From the human T2T-CHM13v2.0 reference genome, Homo sapiens: a stretch of DNA of 64,000 bases. Below, one piece after another: positions 15,592 through 30,234 of the stretch (positions within the stretch are counted from its first letter, which is position 1; the number at the start of each line of letters is the position of its first letter). Where the stretch lies: assembly GCF_009914755.1 (NCBI RefSeq), contig NC_060928.1; one strand, 5' to 3'. The position numbers and the translations under genes were made by a program. The notes beneath the pieces are model-generated. The model was not told where the DNA came from, ran no database searches, and was given only the letters and a program-made list of their open reading frames with translations.

Positions 15592-18434
15592 CAAAGAAAA
15601 AAGAAGGTCCAAATAAGGACAATCAGAAATGACTAAGGTGAAATTACAAAAAAATCACACGGAAATACAAAAGATCCTTAGAGACTACTATGAATGTTTC
15701 TATGAATACAAACTAGACAATTCAGAAAAAAAAATTAATTTTTGGAAACACACAAGCTCCCCAGATTGAATCACGAAGAAATCAAAATGCTGAACAGACT
15801 GCTAATGAGTTCCAAAATTGAATCAGTGATAAAAAAAAACCTAACAATGAATAAAAGCCCTGGACCAGATAGACTCAGAACCCAATTCTCCCAGACATAC
15901 AAAGAAGAACTGGTACCAATTCTTCTGAAACCATTCTGAAAAAATCAAGGAGGAATGATTCCTCCCCAACTCATTCTACAAAGTCAGCATCATTCTGATC
16001 CCAAAACCTGGTAGAGACACAATGAAAAAAGAAAACAACAGGCCAATATCTAAATCCTCAACAAAATACTAGCAAACCAAATCCAGCAGCACATCAAAAA
16101 GTTAATTCACCAAAGTCGAGTAGGCTTTATTCCTAAAATTTAAGGTTGGTCCGACATATACAAGTCAATAAATGTGATTCACCACACAAACAAAATTAAA
16201 AACAAAAACCACATGATCATCTCAATAGATGCAGAAAAAGCTTTTGATAAAAATCTAACATATTTTCATGATAAAAACCCACAACAAATGGGACATCAAA
16301 GGAACACATAATAAGAGCCATCTATGACAAACTCACAGCCAACAACATAGTAAACATGCAAAAGCTGAAAGCATTGCCCTTAAGAACTAAAACAAGAAAA
16401 GGATACCCACTCTCACCACTCTTATTTGCCATAGTACTAGAAGTCCTAGCCAGAGCAATCAGGCAAGACAAATAAATAAAAGGCATTTAAACAGGAAAAG
16501 AAGATGTCAAATTATCTCTTTTCACTGACAATATGATTCTATACCTCAAATAGCCTAATGGCTCTGCCAAAGAGCCCCTAGAACTGATGAATAACTTCAG
16601 TAAAGTACTAGCACACAAAATCAATATATAAAAATCTAGCATTTTTGTATAGCAACAATGTTTAAGCTGAGAGTCAAATAGAGAATGCAATCCCATTTAC
16701 CATAGCCACATGCATAAAAAAATCTAGAAATATATCTAACCAAGGAGGTGAAAGATCTCTATAAGGAGAACTACAAAACACTGCTGAAAGTAATCATAGA
16801 TGATATAAACAAATGGAAAAACAATCCATGCTCATGAATAGGCAGAATCAATATTGGTAAAATGGCCATGCTGCCCAAAGCAATTTACAGATTCAATGAT
16901 ATTGCTATCAAACTACCAAGGTCATTTTTCACGGAATTAGAAAAAAACTATACTAATATATATGGAATGAAAAAAAAAAAAAGCCCCAATAGCCAGAGCA
17001 GTCCTAACAAAACAGAACAAAGTTAGAGGCATCACATTACCTGACTACAAGCCATACTACGAGGCTATGGTAACCAAAACAGCATGCAACTGGCACCAAA
17101 ACAGGCACACAGACTTATGGAACAGAATAGAGAACCCAGAAATAAAGCCACACACTTAGACAAAGTTGACAAAAATAAGCAATGGGGAAAGGACTCCCTT
17201 TTCAATACATGGTGCTAGGATAACTTGCTAGCCATATGCAGAAGAATGAAATCGACCTCTACATATCATCTAAAGAAATTAACTCAAGATAGATTAAAGA
17301 CTTAAATTAAAGACCTAAAACTATAAAAAATCCTAGAAGAAAACTTAGAAAATACCCTTCTGGACACTGGCTTTGACAAAGAATTTATCATTAAGTCCTC
17401 CAAAGCAACTGCAACAAAAATGATAATTGGCAAGTGGTACCTCATTAAATTAAAGAGATTCTGCACAGTAAAACAGACTATCAACATAGAAAATATACAA
17501 CCTACAGAACAAGAGAAAACATTCACAAATGAGGCATCTCACAGAGGTCTAGTGTCCAAAATCTATAAAAAACTTAAACAATTGAACAAGTAAAAAGCAA
17601 ATAGCCTCATTAAAAACTGGGCAAAGGGCATGAACAGAAACTTCTCAAAAGAAGATCTACCAATAAACATATGAAAAATGCTCATCATCACTAATCATCA
17701 GAGAAATGCAGATTGAAACCACAATGATATGCCATCTTACACCAGTCAGAATGGCTATTACTAAAAAGTAAAAAAATAACAGATGTTAGTAACGCTGAGG
17801 AGAAAAGGGAACACTCATACACTGTTGATGGTAATGTAAATTTGTTCAGCCACTGTGGAAAGTGGTTTGGCAATTTCTCAAAGAACTAATATTAGAACTG
17901 CCATTCAACCTAGCAGTCCCATTACTGGGTATACAGCCAAAGGAAAAGAAATAATTCTATGAAAAGGACACATGCTCTTTTATGTTCATTGCAATACTAT
18001 TCACAATAGCAATGTCATGGAATCAACCTAGGTATCCATACGTGGAGGACTGGACAAATAAAATGTGTTACATATACACTATGGAACACCAACAGCCATA
18101 AAAAAAAATCACACTTTTTGCAGCAACATGGATGCAGCTGGAGGCCAATATCCTAAATGAATTAACCTAGAAACAGAAAAACAAATACCGCCTGTTCTCA
18201 GTTGTGGGAGCTAAACATTGGGTACACATGGACTTAAACATGGGAACAACAGACACTGGGACTATTAGAGAGGGGAGTGAGGGAGGTGGTAAGGACTGAA
18301 AAACTACCTATTGGGTATTATGCTCAGTACATGGGTGACAGGATCAATCATACCCCAAACCTCAGCCTCATACCATATGTCATATAACAAACCTGCACAT
18401 GTATTCCTGAATCTAAAACAAACATATAAAAATA
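15592..18434 (+). mobile_element. 5'-truncated older primate L1 (L1PA15/16-like)
   Basis: Degenerate ORF2 (LPRLNHEEI..KSPGPD..YKEELVPILLK); 3'UTR aaactacctattgggtattatgctcag...; TSD aatagttaatctt (15579-15591) / aatagttcatctt (18435-18447). Confidence 0.9.
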
Positions 18435-18746
18435 AATAGTTCATCTTTTTCTTTCTTTTCACATCTATTAACCAGGACAGATTTCTCTTAACACTAATTA
18501 TAAAGTACTTAACTAAACTATTTTAATTGTTAATTGTTAATTTCAACAATAACTGTCAGTAATGTATACAATACAGTTAATAATGATCATGGATGTTCAA
18601 AAATTATAATCCAAAATATACTAAAGGTCCTCAAAAAATAAAGTTATTATCTTTGCAGACATATATCCATTTTCAGAAATTTATAGAATTACACACTGGC
18701 AAGAAGATATTACGAATATAACACGCCTCCTGTTAGATTTAATTAA

Positions 18747-18998
<252 letters not shown>

Positions 18999-19039
18999 TG
19001 AAACTAGAGTTTTACTGTTTTCTATGACCAAATTATCTG

Positions 19040-19340
19040 GCCTAAAGAGGAGGTCATGGGAAGTTTCAATATGTAGCCAACTGAGACAGAAGTAGTGGGT
19101 AGCCTGAGGATCCAATACTTCAATTGCATCTGAAGAAGGGAGCAGTGTTATGGAACTGAGCCCTTAATCCATGGAATCTAAAGCTAACTCCAGGTAGATA
19201 ACGTCAGAATTGAACTGAGTTGTAGGACACCCAGTTGATGTCTGCATAGAATTGGAGACTTACTTGGTGTGAAAACAAACCCACACTTTTTTTTTTTTTT
19301 TGCCAGAATTATTGGCATGAACATAGCAGAGAGAAAAACC
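19040..19340 (+). mobile_element. MER21C-like LTR 3' fragment
   Basis: ggaactgagcccttaa...gctaactccaggtagata..gtcagaattgaa...gtaggacacccagttgatgtctgc. Confidence 0.65.
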
Positions 19341-20708
19341 AAGAGTTTTGGTTTGTTGAGTTTTTTCCCCTTTATCCACATAATAGCCAATTTCCCTGCA
19401 ATTTTCAACAATGGTTTAAACCAAAAAGAAAGGGTTCCAGTAAATATTAACTAAATCAGAAGTTCTAATTGTGAGAGTAGTTCTTCTTCTTACAGCAATC
19501 TAAAATTGATCTTACCTATATTAAGCACCTCGTTACTTAGGTATTGGGTTCAAAGCTATGGCATAGTCAGGCCTCCACTGGCTAGGAACTGAAAATTTAA
19601 AAATGTCTGGGAGCAGAATTAATTAAGATTTAAGAATTTTAAATTTTCCTACTCATTTAGCATCAAACGAACAATATCAGTGCCATCTAAAAAATAAATC
19701 ACTCATCTGTTTTCAGCTAAGAACTCAAGTTTAAGTGAGAAAAGAAGAAAATATCTACAATAATCAATCTTTAAATTGCAAGTGACTTTTAGACAAAACA
19801 CCTACTTCTGCAAAGAACTTGCATGAATTTTTAGTAAGTTGATAATAATAATCATTAGTTATGGCTATTAAATGATATCTAAGTGTGTTCAATGTTGCTT
19901 TCCTATTAGTAGAAAAGTACATATTGAGATACACAGGAGCTTTATAGTATATATGTGAATACACATACATACACACCCTGAATATACAAAACATTATCTA
20001 TGGGAGTTAAAATATTAACTATTTTGACTAATTATCCTATTCAGGAAAGCATCTTAAAAAATTTTCTAAGCATCTTAGAAAAAATTTAATCTCAAAATTT
20101 GAAATATATCTAAATAGGAGTTTTGGAGTGAATAAAATACTTATCTTGTTTGAAAAATTTTCTGCTAAATTTATTACTTAATTTTACAAGGTCCATTTAT
20201 ATTTAAACTCCATTTTAAAATAATCACAAAGTTAAGAATGGATTAAAATTAAATATTGCTGGTGAAACTTCAAAACTCTGGCCCTTCATCTTCTAAATTG
20301 GAACTTCTGCCACCTTTACAAAAGAAACAAACTTTTAATTCATCTATTTACTTGCATAGATCTCCCTTTGGCTGTGTTTTAAAGTGTACCACACTAAGGT
20401 GATCTACATTCATTAAGTTCATGCTCTGGTCTCCAATAATGGAGCTTGATTTTCTCTCATTTAATCAGATTTATAAAATTTTGCACACTAATTGAGGTAA
20501 ACTGTGCAATTAAAAAACCAATTATATTTTACAATTGACCAAATCTTTTATTGAAACCACTAATCCCATAAGTTGTAGACTTATACATATAGCCATCAAA
20601 ATTAAGTGTTATATATCAACACTTTATTTATCTATCACTAATTATAAATGCCCAATCTAACTGATAGAAAATAGAAATAATGAAAGAAAGCTTGGATTGA
20701 CAGCTTAC

Positions 20709-20899
20709 TCATGATCTTCATCACTCTGGTAAATATATTAACTTTTTCAGTGGGTATTTAATGCACTGGTGTGTAATAAACTATACTAATTAACCGAAGT
20801 CAAAATAATACCATTCCAAATAGCCAATTATTACACTATAAGAATTAGGTAGCTCTTCAGCAGCAGTCAAAATGAAGACACTCATTGTCCGTATTTATT
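20709..20899 (-). pseudogene. Candidate decayed exon D: N-terminal helices and first strands of a cNMP-binding domain
   Basis: ctttattgcag| ... tga|gtaagc; 191 bp, phase 2 to phase 1. Entry frame INTDNECLH; shifted frame ILTAAEELPNSYSVIIGYLEWYYFD; back in the entry frame RLISIVYYTPVH*IPTEKVNIFTRVMKIM. Confidence 0.55.
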
Positions 20900-21208
20900 C
20901 TGCAATAAAGTCATAAGACAGCGTTAACTCACTCATTTTAGAAGATACCTTATCAGAATCACCAGGTGACATACACATATAATTTATATAATACAAGTTA
21001 TAATGATTATATGATATAATAATATTATCACTGCTATAGAACAAGACATAAAGATTATCTGACAGAATATTACTTAGAATAAATTTTGTACACATATCTC
21101 TAAAGGAAATTTAAAGATTCTCCTACTTATTTACTTGATTGTTTAAGAAGGATCAATCATGAATGGTTTCCTACATAGATTATTAGAAGCCATGGTAAAC
21201 ATTTCACC

Positions 21209-21272
21209 CTCTCTGTCTCTCTGTCTCTGTCTCTCTGTCTCTGTCTCTCTCCCTCTCACACACACACACACA
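21209..21272. repeat. (TCTCTG)n/(CA)n compound microsatellite
   Basis: Direct reading. Confidence 0.9.
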
Positions 21273-21756
21273 AAGAGAATTATTTAAATTCCTCAAAGAA
21301 ATACTATTTTAATTACTAATCAAGAAAACTTCCAGCCTCCAAATAACGACAAACTGCTTTAAAGAAAAAGGAAAGTTTATGACTATAATCCTACTCTATC
21401 CTAGCTAAATATTTAAGTGCAAGACAACCACCATTTGATGTGGGTTGGGTCAGTTAACAAAATACTTTATTCTCACTAATTTTTCAGGTATGTTGATGAA
21501 GAGTCTGATTCATTATGTGAAATATAATTAAATTTTCATGGAGATACAGGTATTTCAAATAAACATCAAGGCTCATTTTAAAGCCTGCTTTGTAAAAAAT
21601 ATGCGTTCCTTTGCATTTTCCTATGAGTAAATTCAGGGTTTTTTAATCAGAAAAAATACAATTATAAATTTTGATTAAAAGTTAAGGTTTTTCATTTATT
21701 TACTTATATTTATTTGGATATGATTGTAATGATGGTTAATTTTTCACTTTTACACT

Positions 21757-21946
21757 CTAGAGCTGTGGTGTCTAATAGAGTAGCCACTAGCCATTTGTGG
21801 CTATTTCCATTTCAATGAATTAATATTAAAATAAATTACAAATTCATTTCTTTGGTCACACTAAACACACTTTAGTTGCTCAACTGACAGGTAATAAGAA
21901 ATATTTCCATTCTCTCAGAAAGTTTTTTTGAGCAATGTCACTCCAG
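21757..21946. mobile_element. MER3 (hAT-Charlie) MITE
   Basis: tgtctaatagagtagccactagccatttgtggctatt...aatatttccattctctcagaaagtt. Confidence 0.7.
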
Positions 21947-24314
21947 AAGCACCACAAAGAGTGAAAGGATTACAAGCTTGGGCAGTTAGCACTTTTAAGT
22001 AACATAACCAAGATTCAAACCCAGGCATATCTCTGGAGTCTCTGCTTTTACCCATTAGCCAACTAGTTTTAGGAAAATTTATAACACTTACTAAAAATTA
22101 TATTTGGCCTAACTCTGTAGCTACGGAGAACAATGCAGAAATCATTTAAAAGCAGATTAGGCAGTGTAAGTTTAGATTAATTTATACTTAACTAATAATG
22201 ATGATAGTTACATGTAAGTCTGGACTCAGCCTACTTTCAAAAATAATTTGGAACTATTAATTACACTATAAAGTCTAAATATCTAGCATCTTATTAGAAC
22301 ATTTATCATTTAACTCATCAATTAAATTTCACCTTGCCGTTCAGCCAGGAGAAAAATGATTATTGTAATATTATGGTCAAACACAAATGGGACAGGAGAA
22401 CTGTATGCTCTGAAACCAGATCCTTGAAATTCTTTTCAAAATAGCTATAACGTGCTTAGAAAATATTCAGAAAATGAGATTATTTTATAAAACATCTGTC
22501 AAAGGATCTAAAGTTCCAAAGAATTATAATTGTATTTTGGCTGATCTGATCTGAAAGCTTCACATTATCCTTCCAGCCTGGCCATAAATTCCTGTTTCCT
22601 ACATCTAGTAGCTCTAGGAATCTTTCCAGTGTCCACAATGGGAAAAAAATTATTCCACTTATTCTGTTCCGAGTTTATAATTATTTCTTATTTGGTCTTA
22701 TTATTTTATAACTATTTTAAATAGAAATTTAACCTTAAAATAATTTTCTTTTTGCCAAGCATCTGCAGCTACATTCAACACTGGCTCCTGGAACCACCCC
22801 CTCTGCCCCAACCCCATCTCCTACTTCTGCTCTATGGTTCCCTCTCATTATGCAAGAAGTCAGACATTGACTTTAGAACCAATACTTTCTGCAAATGTTT
22901 TCTAAACAACAAACTGCCAATATCTATATAATGTGCATACACCTAATCAGTGTATTTGTCAAATACGCGTTGTTGGTTGAATCAGTTAGTGGATTAGAAA
23001 ATCAATTCAGTGATAAGCTTGAAAAAATAGTAAACATCATGATGCAATATAAACAACACTTTTTTGGTAAAAATGTCATGGCAAGCAATAGTGAATGAAG
23101 ACAAAAGTGAGTCAATTCAGTAATAAGTAGAAGATATTATCTTTATTATAATAAAAATTTGTTTGCCTATATATTCTAATGTTTCTCTTTCATCTGCTAA
23201 TCATACTCATAATTTTATCTTTCTGATTATGTTTTTGTCAACCATCAATAAATCTATTTCTCTGACAAATATGAAATATGATTTCTCAGAAAGAGTATTT
23301 TTGAGAAATGGGAAAGAAAAAGCCTAAATCAGAACACAGTCCACATAACTGAGCAAAAGATATAGGCTAGAATGATAAGTAAATTTGTGGCACAATTATA
23401 AGTTCAACTGCTGTATTTACTGAATGCAAACAAATGCCAGTAGTAATCCTAAAAGCTATCAAAATATAAATTTTAGGTTAACTGACTCACTAGCAAGCTC
23501 TATATTATTTACACTGCAGAGTGGAGATAAATGAGGTCAGTGCTATGTGAAATGCTATCATAAGCTGGGAGGAAAAAAGGTCTGCAAACTGCCAAATATT
23601 ACCAAGAATGTGACAATTTCCTGATCTTTTTGAACACTGTAGTTTGCTTATCGGTAAAACATTCTGGGAAATGTATTTTTTTGCAGAAACATAAAATTCT
23701 TGACATTACTGATGAAAATGCCTTTACATTATTACTGTGATTCTACTTGTTAAGTCTCATCATTTGTCAACTTGTAAGCAAATGTAGATTTGATGATTTC
23801 AGCTGTCATGGTTTCTTGCCAAGACTGCAAACAGACTTATAGGAAATTTCTAACCACTAGAAGAAGAGATAAGTGTCCAGAACACTAATTTTCACAATAG
23901 CCAGCTACCAGCTCCACCCCATTATCAACTACAAAAATTTCTAAAGTAGCAATGGAAGAGGTGTTTTTAGGATCCCTCAGAACAAATTAAAAGAATAGCT
24001 ACTGTACACTGTCAGTTAACTAGCAGGCCCTTTACAATGCTACACTAAAGTAGAGAACTAGTCTCATCATGATGCAGCCATTAACAGAAATTGAATTAAC
24101 AGAACCTTTAAAAATTAGCAGCATTGAGCCTTCACTTTACAAATTTGGAAAATATATTTGCTTAACCAAGAGTTCCTGCTATTTTCACATGAACTGACAG
24201 AAAAACATCCTAGTGTAATCACTGCTTCTCATAGTCAACTTAGAGTGTTATTATTCCCAGTGCAATGGGCCATTTAGGACTATTTGGTTGGAGAAAAAGA
24301 CAGGAAACACTGTC

Positions 24315-25962
24315 CAGGGACTCAAGTAATGCATACAAACTCACATAAACTTAAGGTAAAGAGATGTAAAAAGATATTCCATGCAATGGAAACCAAAGGT
24401 GAGCAGGTATAGCTATTTTTATATCAGATTAAACAGACATTAAAGCAACAATGTTAAAAAAGACACAGAGAAACATCATACAATGATAAAAGAATCAGTC
24501 CAACAGGAAAATATCATAATCCTAAATATATATGCACCTAACATGGGAGCTCCCAAATTTATAAAACAATTATTACTAGACATTAGAAATGAGATACACA
24601 GCAAGACAATAGTAGTGGGGGGCTTCAGCACTCCACTGACAGCACTAGATATACAGGTTATCAAGATAGAGTGTCAACAAAGAAACAATGGACTTAAACT
24701 ATACCCTAGAACAAATGGACTCAACTGGTATTTACAGAACATTCTACCCAACAACTGCAGAATGCTCATTATTTTCATTAGCATATGGAACATTCCCCAA
24801 GATACACCACATGATAGACCACAAAACAAGTCTCAATAAATTTAAGAAAATCAAAATTATATTGACTACCCTCTCAGAACGCAGTGTAATAAAACTGGTC
24901 ATTAACTCCAAAAGAAACCCTCAAAATTATACAAATACATGGAAATTAAATAATCTGCTCCTGAAGGATCTTTGCATCAACAATGAAATCAAGATGGAAA
25001 TCTAAAAATTCTTAGAACTGAATGATAATAGTGACAAAACTTATCAAAACCTCTGGGATACAGCAAAAGTGGTGTAAAGAGGAAAGTTCATAGCATTAAA
25101 TACCTACATCAAAAAGTCTGAGAGAGCAGAAACAGACAATCTAAGGTCACACCTCAAGGAAACAGAGAAACAAGAACACACCAAATCCAAACCCAGCAAA
25201 AGAAAAGAAATAACAAAGATCAGAGCAGAACTAAATGAAATTGAAGCAAAATAATACAAAAGATAAATGAAACAAAAAGCTGATTCTTTGAAAAGATAAA
25301 CAAAAATGATAGACCATTAGCAGGATTACTCAAGAAAACAGAGAAGATCCAAATAAGCTCAATTAGAAATGAAACAGGAGATATTACACCAATACAGCAG
25401 AAATACAAAAGATCATTCAAGGCTACTATGAAGACCTCAAGTAAATCTAGAGGAGATGGAAAAAATCCTCCAAATATACAACCCTCCTAGATTAAATCAG
25501 GAAAAAAATAGAAACTCTGAACAGACCAATAACAGGTAGCAAGATTAAAATAGTAATAACAAAAATTGCCAACAAAAAAAGTCCAGAACCAGATGGATTC
25601 ACAGCTGAATTCTTTCAGGCACTCAGAGAATAATTGGTACCAATCTTACTGAAACTATTCCAAAATATAAAGAAAGGAGGAATCCTCTGAAAATGATTCC
25701 ATGAAGCCAGTATTCCCCTAATACTAAAACCAGGAAAGGACATAAAAGTCCCCCTAATACTAAAACCAGGAAAGGACATAAAATATTCTCAAAAAAAAAA
25801 AAAAAAAAAAAACAAAACTACAAGTTAACATCCAACAGCATTATCAAAAAGATAATCCACCATGATCCAGTAGATTTCTACCAGGGATGCAGGGATGGTT
25901 TAACATATGCAAGTCAATAAATGTGATACATCACATGAACAGAATTAAAAACAAAAATCATA
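24315..25962 (+). mobile_element. Internal L1 ORF2 fragment (L1PB/L1MA-like), no tail
   Basis: [46 protein letters not shown]. Confidence 0.9.
25715..25783 (+). repeat. Tandem duplication of 33 bp (period 36)
   Basis: cccctaatactaaaaccaggaaaggacataaaa at 25715-25747 and 25751-25783. Confidence 0.95.
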
Positions 25963-25964
25963 AA

Positions 25965-27680
25965 TGCAGGATATCCAGTGAACACCATCAATGGGATCAA
26001 TCAAGAACCTTATCAACATTAAGCAACCAGGAAAAAGTTCTCCTTCACTGCCAGATCCAAAACTTCCCTCATCCAGTGAGAAACACCAAGGTGGCTGAGG
26101 TAGCATTAGCAAGAAAAATCTAACCACAACAAGAAGCCCAACACAGAAGCCTCTTTGATCCTGTGGGTCTAACACTCCCCTCCCTTGCCCATCTAAAAAA
26201 AACTAATGTGGCCAAAGTGTATTGGTAGAGAGAATCTTGTCACAGCAAGAACCCAGACTGGAAAGTTTTCTAGATCTTTCAGACAGCTAACTGTGCCACA
26301 GCAAGGGAGCCTCACTGTTTTCATATGTTTTAGGTTCCCCTATCACTCTGGGAGAATGCTCATGGCCTAGTCCAGGAATCAGCTCCTATCTTCTCATTTA
26401 GAAACAGAAGGCACAAGTAGGATATCCAGTGATACCAGATAAACCAAAAAGCTTAATGTAACACTGCAAAGCATCTAAAAATTAAACTGTTATTAGAGCC
26501 TTAACCCTCAAAAACAGATCAGGTACTGTGCGCTGAACCTAAACAGAGTGACTGTCTGCTAAAATAAAAAAAAATTTAAATAAAACCCAGACAAAATAGA
26601 AAAAAATAGATGAAATGTCTAAGATATAATTAAAAATCGCCCATCATACCAAAAACCAAGATGTTCAAAACCATAAAGAGAAAAGACTGATGCCAAACTG
26701 AGAAGAATTAGATGTCACAATTATCTGTAAGGATTTTAAGAGACCCATCATAAAATGATTCAACAATCAATTGTAAATTCTCTTACAACAAATAAAAAAT
26801 ATAAAATTTCAGCAAATAAATTATTTAAAAGAAACAAATGGAAATTATAGAACCCAAAAATTCAGTAATAGAAAACTCCCTGGATGGACACAATAATAGA
26901 GTGAGATAACAGACAATACAATCAGTGAAACTGAGGACAGACCAATACAATTCATCTAACACTAAGCAATAAGAAAAATATACTGAAAAAAGAACAAAGT
27001 CTAAGGGACCCAAGAGACTATATAATAATAACCGATATTTATATCATCTAAGTCCTGGAAGGAAAAGAGAAAGACAATAAGGTTAAAAGTATATTCAAAT
27101 AATTAATGGCTTAAAACTTCCAAAATTTGATGGAAGACACATAATTACATATTCAAAGAGCTGAGTAAACTCCAAACAGGATAAACTCAAAGAAATTACT
27201 GCAAGTCAAATCTTAATCAAACTTTTGAAAATGAAAGACAAAATAAAAATCTTTAAAGCACCTAGAGAGAAAGGCATCTTATTTATGGGGAAACACCAAT
27301 TTGAAGGCCAGCAGATTTGTCTTATAAAACAAAGGATGCCAGAAAGAAATAGAATAATGTTTTTAAAGTATTGAAAGGAAAACACCATCAACATGAATTC
27401 TATATTGGAAAAATTATCCTTCAGGAATCAAGGGGAACTAAAGATATTCTCAGGTGAAGGCAAACTAAAAGAATTTGTTGCTAATCAACTTACCATTAAA
27501 CATCATGTAACAGAAGTTCTGTAGAGAGAAAGGAAATAATAAAAGAATCTTGGAGCATCGGCAAGGAAGAAGAAACCACAGAGCAGAAATATGGATACAC
27601 TCAATAGACTTTCCTTTTTCTCATGAGTTTTATAAATCACATTTGATGATTAAAACAAAAATTATAACAAATATCATTCA
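25965..27680 (+). mobile_element. Ancient L1M 5'UTR/ORF1 region
   Basis: ORF1-like remnants aaaattatccttcagga..aaggggaactaaagatattctcag..gaaggcaaactaaaagaatttgttgc. Confidence 0.65.
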
Positions 27681-28278
27681 GATTTTATGCCACTCTTATG
27701 TATGGCAATTATCAAAGTGGCTATAAAGGTAATGTTTGTCTTTGCTAGTAAAACACAAGTATCTAGAGAATTAACTTCATAATTCACTCATCTTAATATG
27801 TCCATTGTATTTTTCAGAATGATTAACACATATTAGTGTTTAATAAATATTTAGTAAATGGATGAATGAAATGGGTAAATTTTTATTTACCATCATTTTC
27901 CCTCTTCCTCTAAATAACTAGTTAAATATTTCAAATATTAAAGTAATTATTATGCAAAGCATTTTTTAAAGCTCTGATTTCCTAAGAAATTATATTGTTT
28001 ATAATTAGGTACCATTGTAGCCCACATTACTTTGGACCAACAGGTTTCTTTGTGTTATACTATTCTAAAGATAACATTCAATAATATTCCATGGATATGT
28101 GGCTTTATAGCTTCTTGGTAACTGAAGAAGTACAATGAGGATATTTCAGAAATGAGAAAAATATCCAGAATTTTAAAAACAATAAGAACCTTCAAGTTTG
28201 ATAATATAGGTAACATTAACAGTTGAGGTGGGTCACAGGACTTAGCATACAAGTCCTGTGGCCTTATTTTTAACTTAC

Positions 28279-28364
28279 GGTGTTTTTAATAGTGGCCCAA
28301 TTCCATTCCTTTGTCTGAGATCTGTAGAAGTTTGGAAGTATTTTACAGAATAGTCTTTGTAGTC
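28279..28364 (-). CDS. Candidate exon C of the minus-strand gene (frame open)
   Basis: acattttag| ... acc|gtaagt; 86 bp, phase 0 to phase 2; DYKDYSVKYFQTSTDLRQRNGIGPLLKT(P). Confidence 0.55.
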
Positions 28365-28782
28365 CTAAAATGTCTTAAATTTCTGTTTCATATTTCTCAC
28401 ATCCAGTTCAAGGCCCCACCCCTATTATAACTCTGGCCCCAACATGTTACAGAATATTAAAATGGATTAGTGTTTATTTTCTAAAGGAATTAGAAACTAG
28501 GAATTAAACATTAGGGATAATCCTGACCCTCCTTAAGTCTGAATGAATTCCTGATAGCTGTGGGCATCAGTGTATTTACAGGGATCCCTAAATAAAAATT
28601 AATTTCAGAATCCCATTCATCTTCAGGTAGTTTTCATCATGGCTGTGATAGGAGGAAGAGATGACCCTGAGATTTGCTTTCTGAAATTAGGCTGAAATTT
28701 GCTTTCTCAACTTAGGTAATCAAATGTATGATATTACAAATAGTAAAATGACACAGAAAGTATATGTGTAAGAAGTGAATCA

Positions 28783-28959
<177 letters not shown>

Positions 28960-30234
28960 CTACTCTGTACAGGAAAAAAATACCATAAATGCAACTGAAA
29001 AAAATACATTATCCAAGGAAAGCTTATTTATATTACACAAGGCAGATGTATTTTGCTTAATTTATGAAGAGCTTATACATCCAATTGGAAGGAGATAAAC
29101 TATCTTAGTGTGTATTGAATATGAGATATGAACAGGTATTTACAGACCAAAATGTACAAATCAATAATAAATACCTGAAAAGATATTCTACCTTTATTAC
29201 AAAAAGGAAATTAAAAAGGAATCATTTTCACCAATCCAATTGGCAAATTTAAAAACTCTGATGCTATCCACTGCAGGCAAGAGTGCAATAAAAAGAAGCT
29301 CATATCATCAGAGAGAATGTAAGTTGGAACACGATTTCTGAAAAATAATTTGGCAATATTTTTTAAAAATTGACAGGGATATCCCTTTTGACTCAGAAAA
29401 CCCACAACTTGGATTTGTTTTACCGATATGATTATCAAAGTTTTCCAAGATATATTTTAAAAGATATCTTTTGCAAAACAAAAATAACAAAAATACTGGG
29501 AACAATTAAAGTATCCAAAAATACTATCAAAAACAAAAACAGCAGCTAGCACTTAGCATTTTCTATGCTACCTACTCTTCTTAGCATTTAATTTGTATAG
29601 TTTTACATAACCCACACAAAATTTTGGAATTATACCTCTACTTTGCAGATGAAAAATGCAAACATGGGAAGTTCTTGCCCAGTGTTCTACAACTCTGAAT
29701 TGGTAGAAATGGGATGTAAACCACTGCAGTCTGATTCCAGAGTGCCTACTCTTAAGTAAATACGATGCAGTTAAAAACAGGTAGAAGATAGATATCTATG
29801 TGTTAATATGGAAAAATCTCCAAGAGGAAAAATAAGGGATAAAATGTAGTGAAAGGTATGTTCTCTTGTATGTTTTTGTATGTGCATATAATTATACATG
29901 AAGTTTATTTGCTGAATAAAATCACCAAAAAAAAAACCAATTACCCAGTTTTTGCATTATATATGTGTGTTGTTTTTATTTAGCAACATCAATAGCCATT
30001 ATATGGGAAAGCCATTATATAGTAGGGAATAGCCTACTTTTATTAACATCTTTGTAGTTTTGTGAATTAAAAAATATATAAATATTTTAAAGTAATAAAA
30101 GCAATGTTAATAATCCATGATCAGTAATTTTTAACCTAACAATTGTTAAATTCATTGATTCATATATTAATTTAATAATTCATTCCCTTAACAAATATTT
30201 ATTAAATACTTAACCATACGACAATTTTCTAGGT

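Noticed and set aside
22333-22495. Possible minus exon ending aag|gtgaaa (FRAYSSP...FSPG*)
   Set aside because: Weak donor, stops in all frames, and not needed because exons C and D already join in phase.
23281-23309. AT-rich imperfect hairpin atttctcagaaa...tttttgagaaat
   Set aside because: Low complexity; expected by chance in AT-rich DNA.
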